A stretch of DNA of 49,260 nt, counting the filler, from Catajapyx aquilonaris (lineage: Eukaryota): NCBI GenBank assembly GCA_000934665.2. It is 2 parts of 2 records of this genome, joined end to end, with 100 filler letters (N's around TTAATTAATTAA, not from the genome) between each part and the next. Parts side by side here need not be neighbours in the genome. Positions count along the whole stretch, not along the records: positions 24,526 to 49,260 come from KZ539365.1; 1 more part is not named here. The stretch is one strand, 5' to 3'. Under the pieces are notes generated by a model. The model was not told the DNA's origin, made no database searches, and saw only the letters and a program-made list of their open reading frames with translations. The translations under genes and the position numbers were made by a program. Shown piece after piece: positions 48,950 to 49,260 of the stretch (its first letter is position 1; every line of letters starts with the position of its first letter).

Positions 48950-49260
48950 ATGGCCGAGTCCGCTCTGGTGAATCAATAGAGCATGAGCCCCGGCGATCCT
49001 AGACTTCCAGGTCCTTCCTCCCCCCCTTCCCTCCCCCCCTTCCCCCATTTCCCTATGATCCGGTGCGGTGGTCCCGGGCCTCGCCTGCGCCATGGGAAAG
49101 TGGACCTAGCGGGTATTGTCCGGAGGGAGGCTTCGAAACGCGGGTCCCCTCCCCAGCCTGACCACTCCGGGTCCGGATCCAATCCGGAGGCGCTGAGGAC
49201 CGGTCACGTGCCACTCTGTAACGGACCAATCCTGGCTCCATTCCCTCTGACCGCACATGG
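48950..49260. other. GC/CpG-rich segment cut off by the window end (repeat or promoter)
   Basis: Composition shift only. The ORFs here are not recognisable. Confidence 0.3.

Overview
This is animal (probably invertebrate) genomic DNA from a draft assembly. I found no prokaryotic operons, CRISPR array, rRNA or intact tRNA. An artificial 100-nt contig linker (44 N + TTAATTAATTAA + 44 N) at 24426-24525 means the two halves need not be adjacent in the genome. The left half holds two spliced minus-strand genes that I could assemble in frame. One is an RNF103/KF-1-like membrane RING-H2 E3 ligase (4 exons, 5294-9342, 579 aa). The other is an atypical Leo1 (PAF1 complex) homolog (4 exons, 19977-21810, 440 aa) with a short N-terminus and a Lys/Ser repeat tail. 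The rest is non-autonomous DNA transposons (hAT, Tc1/mariner, PIF/Harbinger-like, Tigger-like), tRNA-derived SINEs (including a young V-domain SINE), microsatellites and six near-perfect palindromes, five of them with 0-1 nt spacers. The right half has no recognisable coding exon. I see no convincing new multi-gene system. The best leads are the odd Leo1, the palindromes, a foldback mariner derivative with the transposase 3' end in both arms, and SINE module swapping. All family assignments come from recalled sequences; no searches were run.
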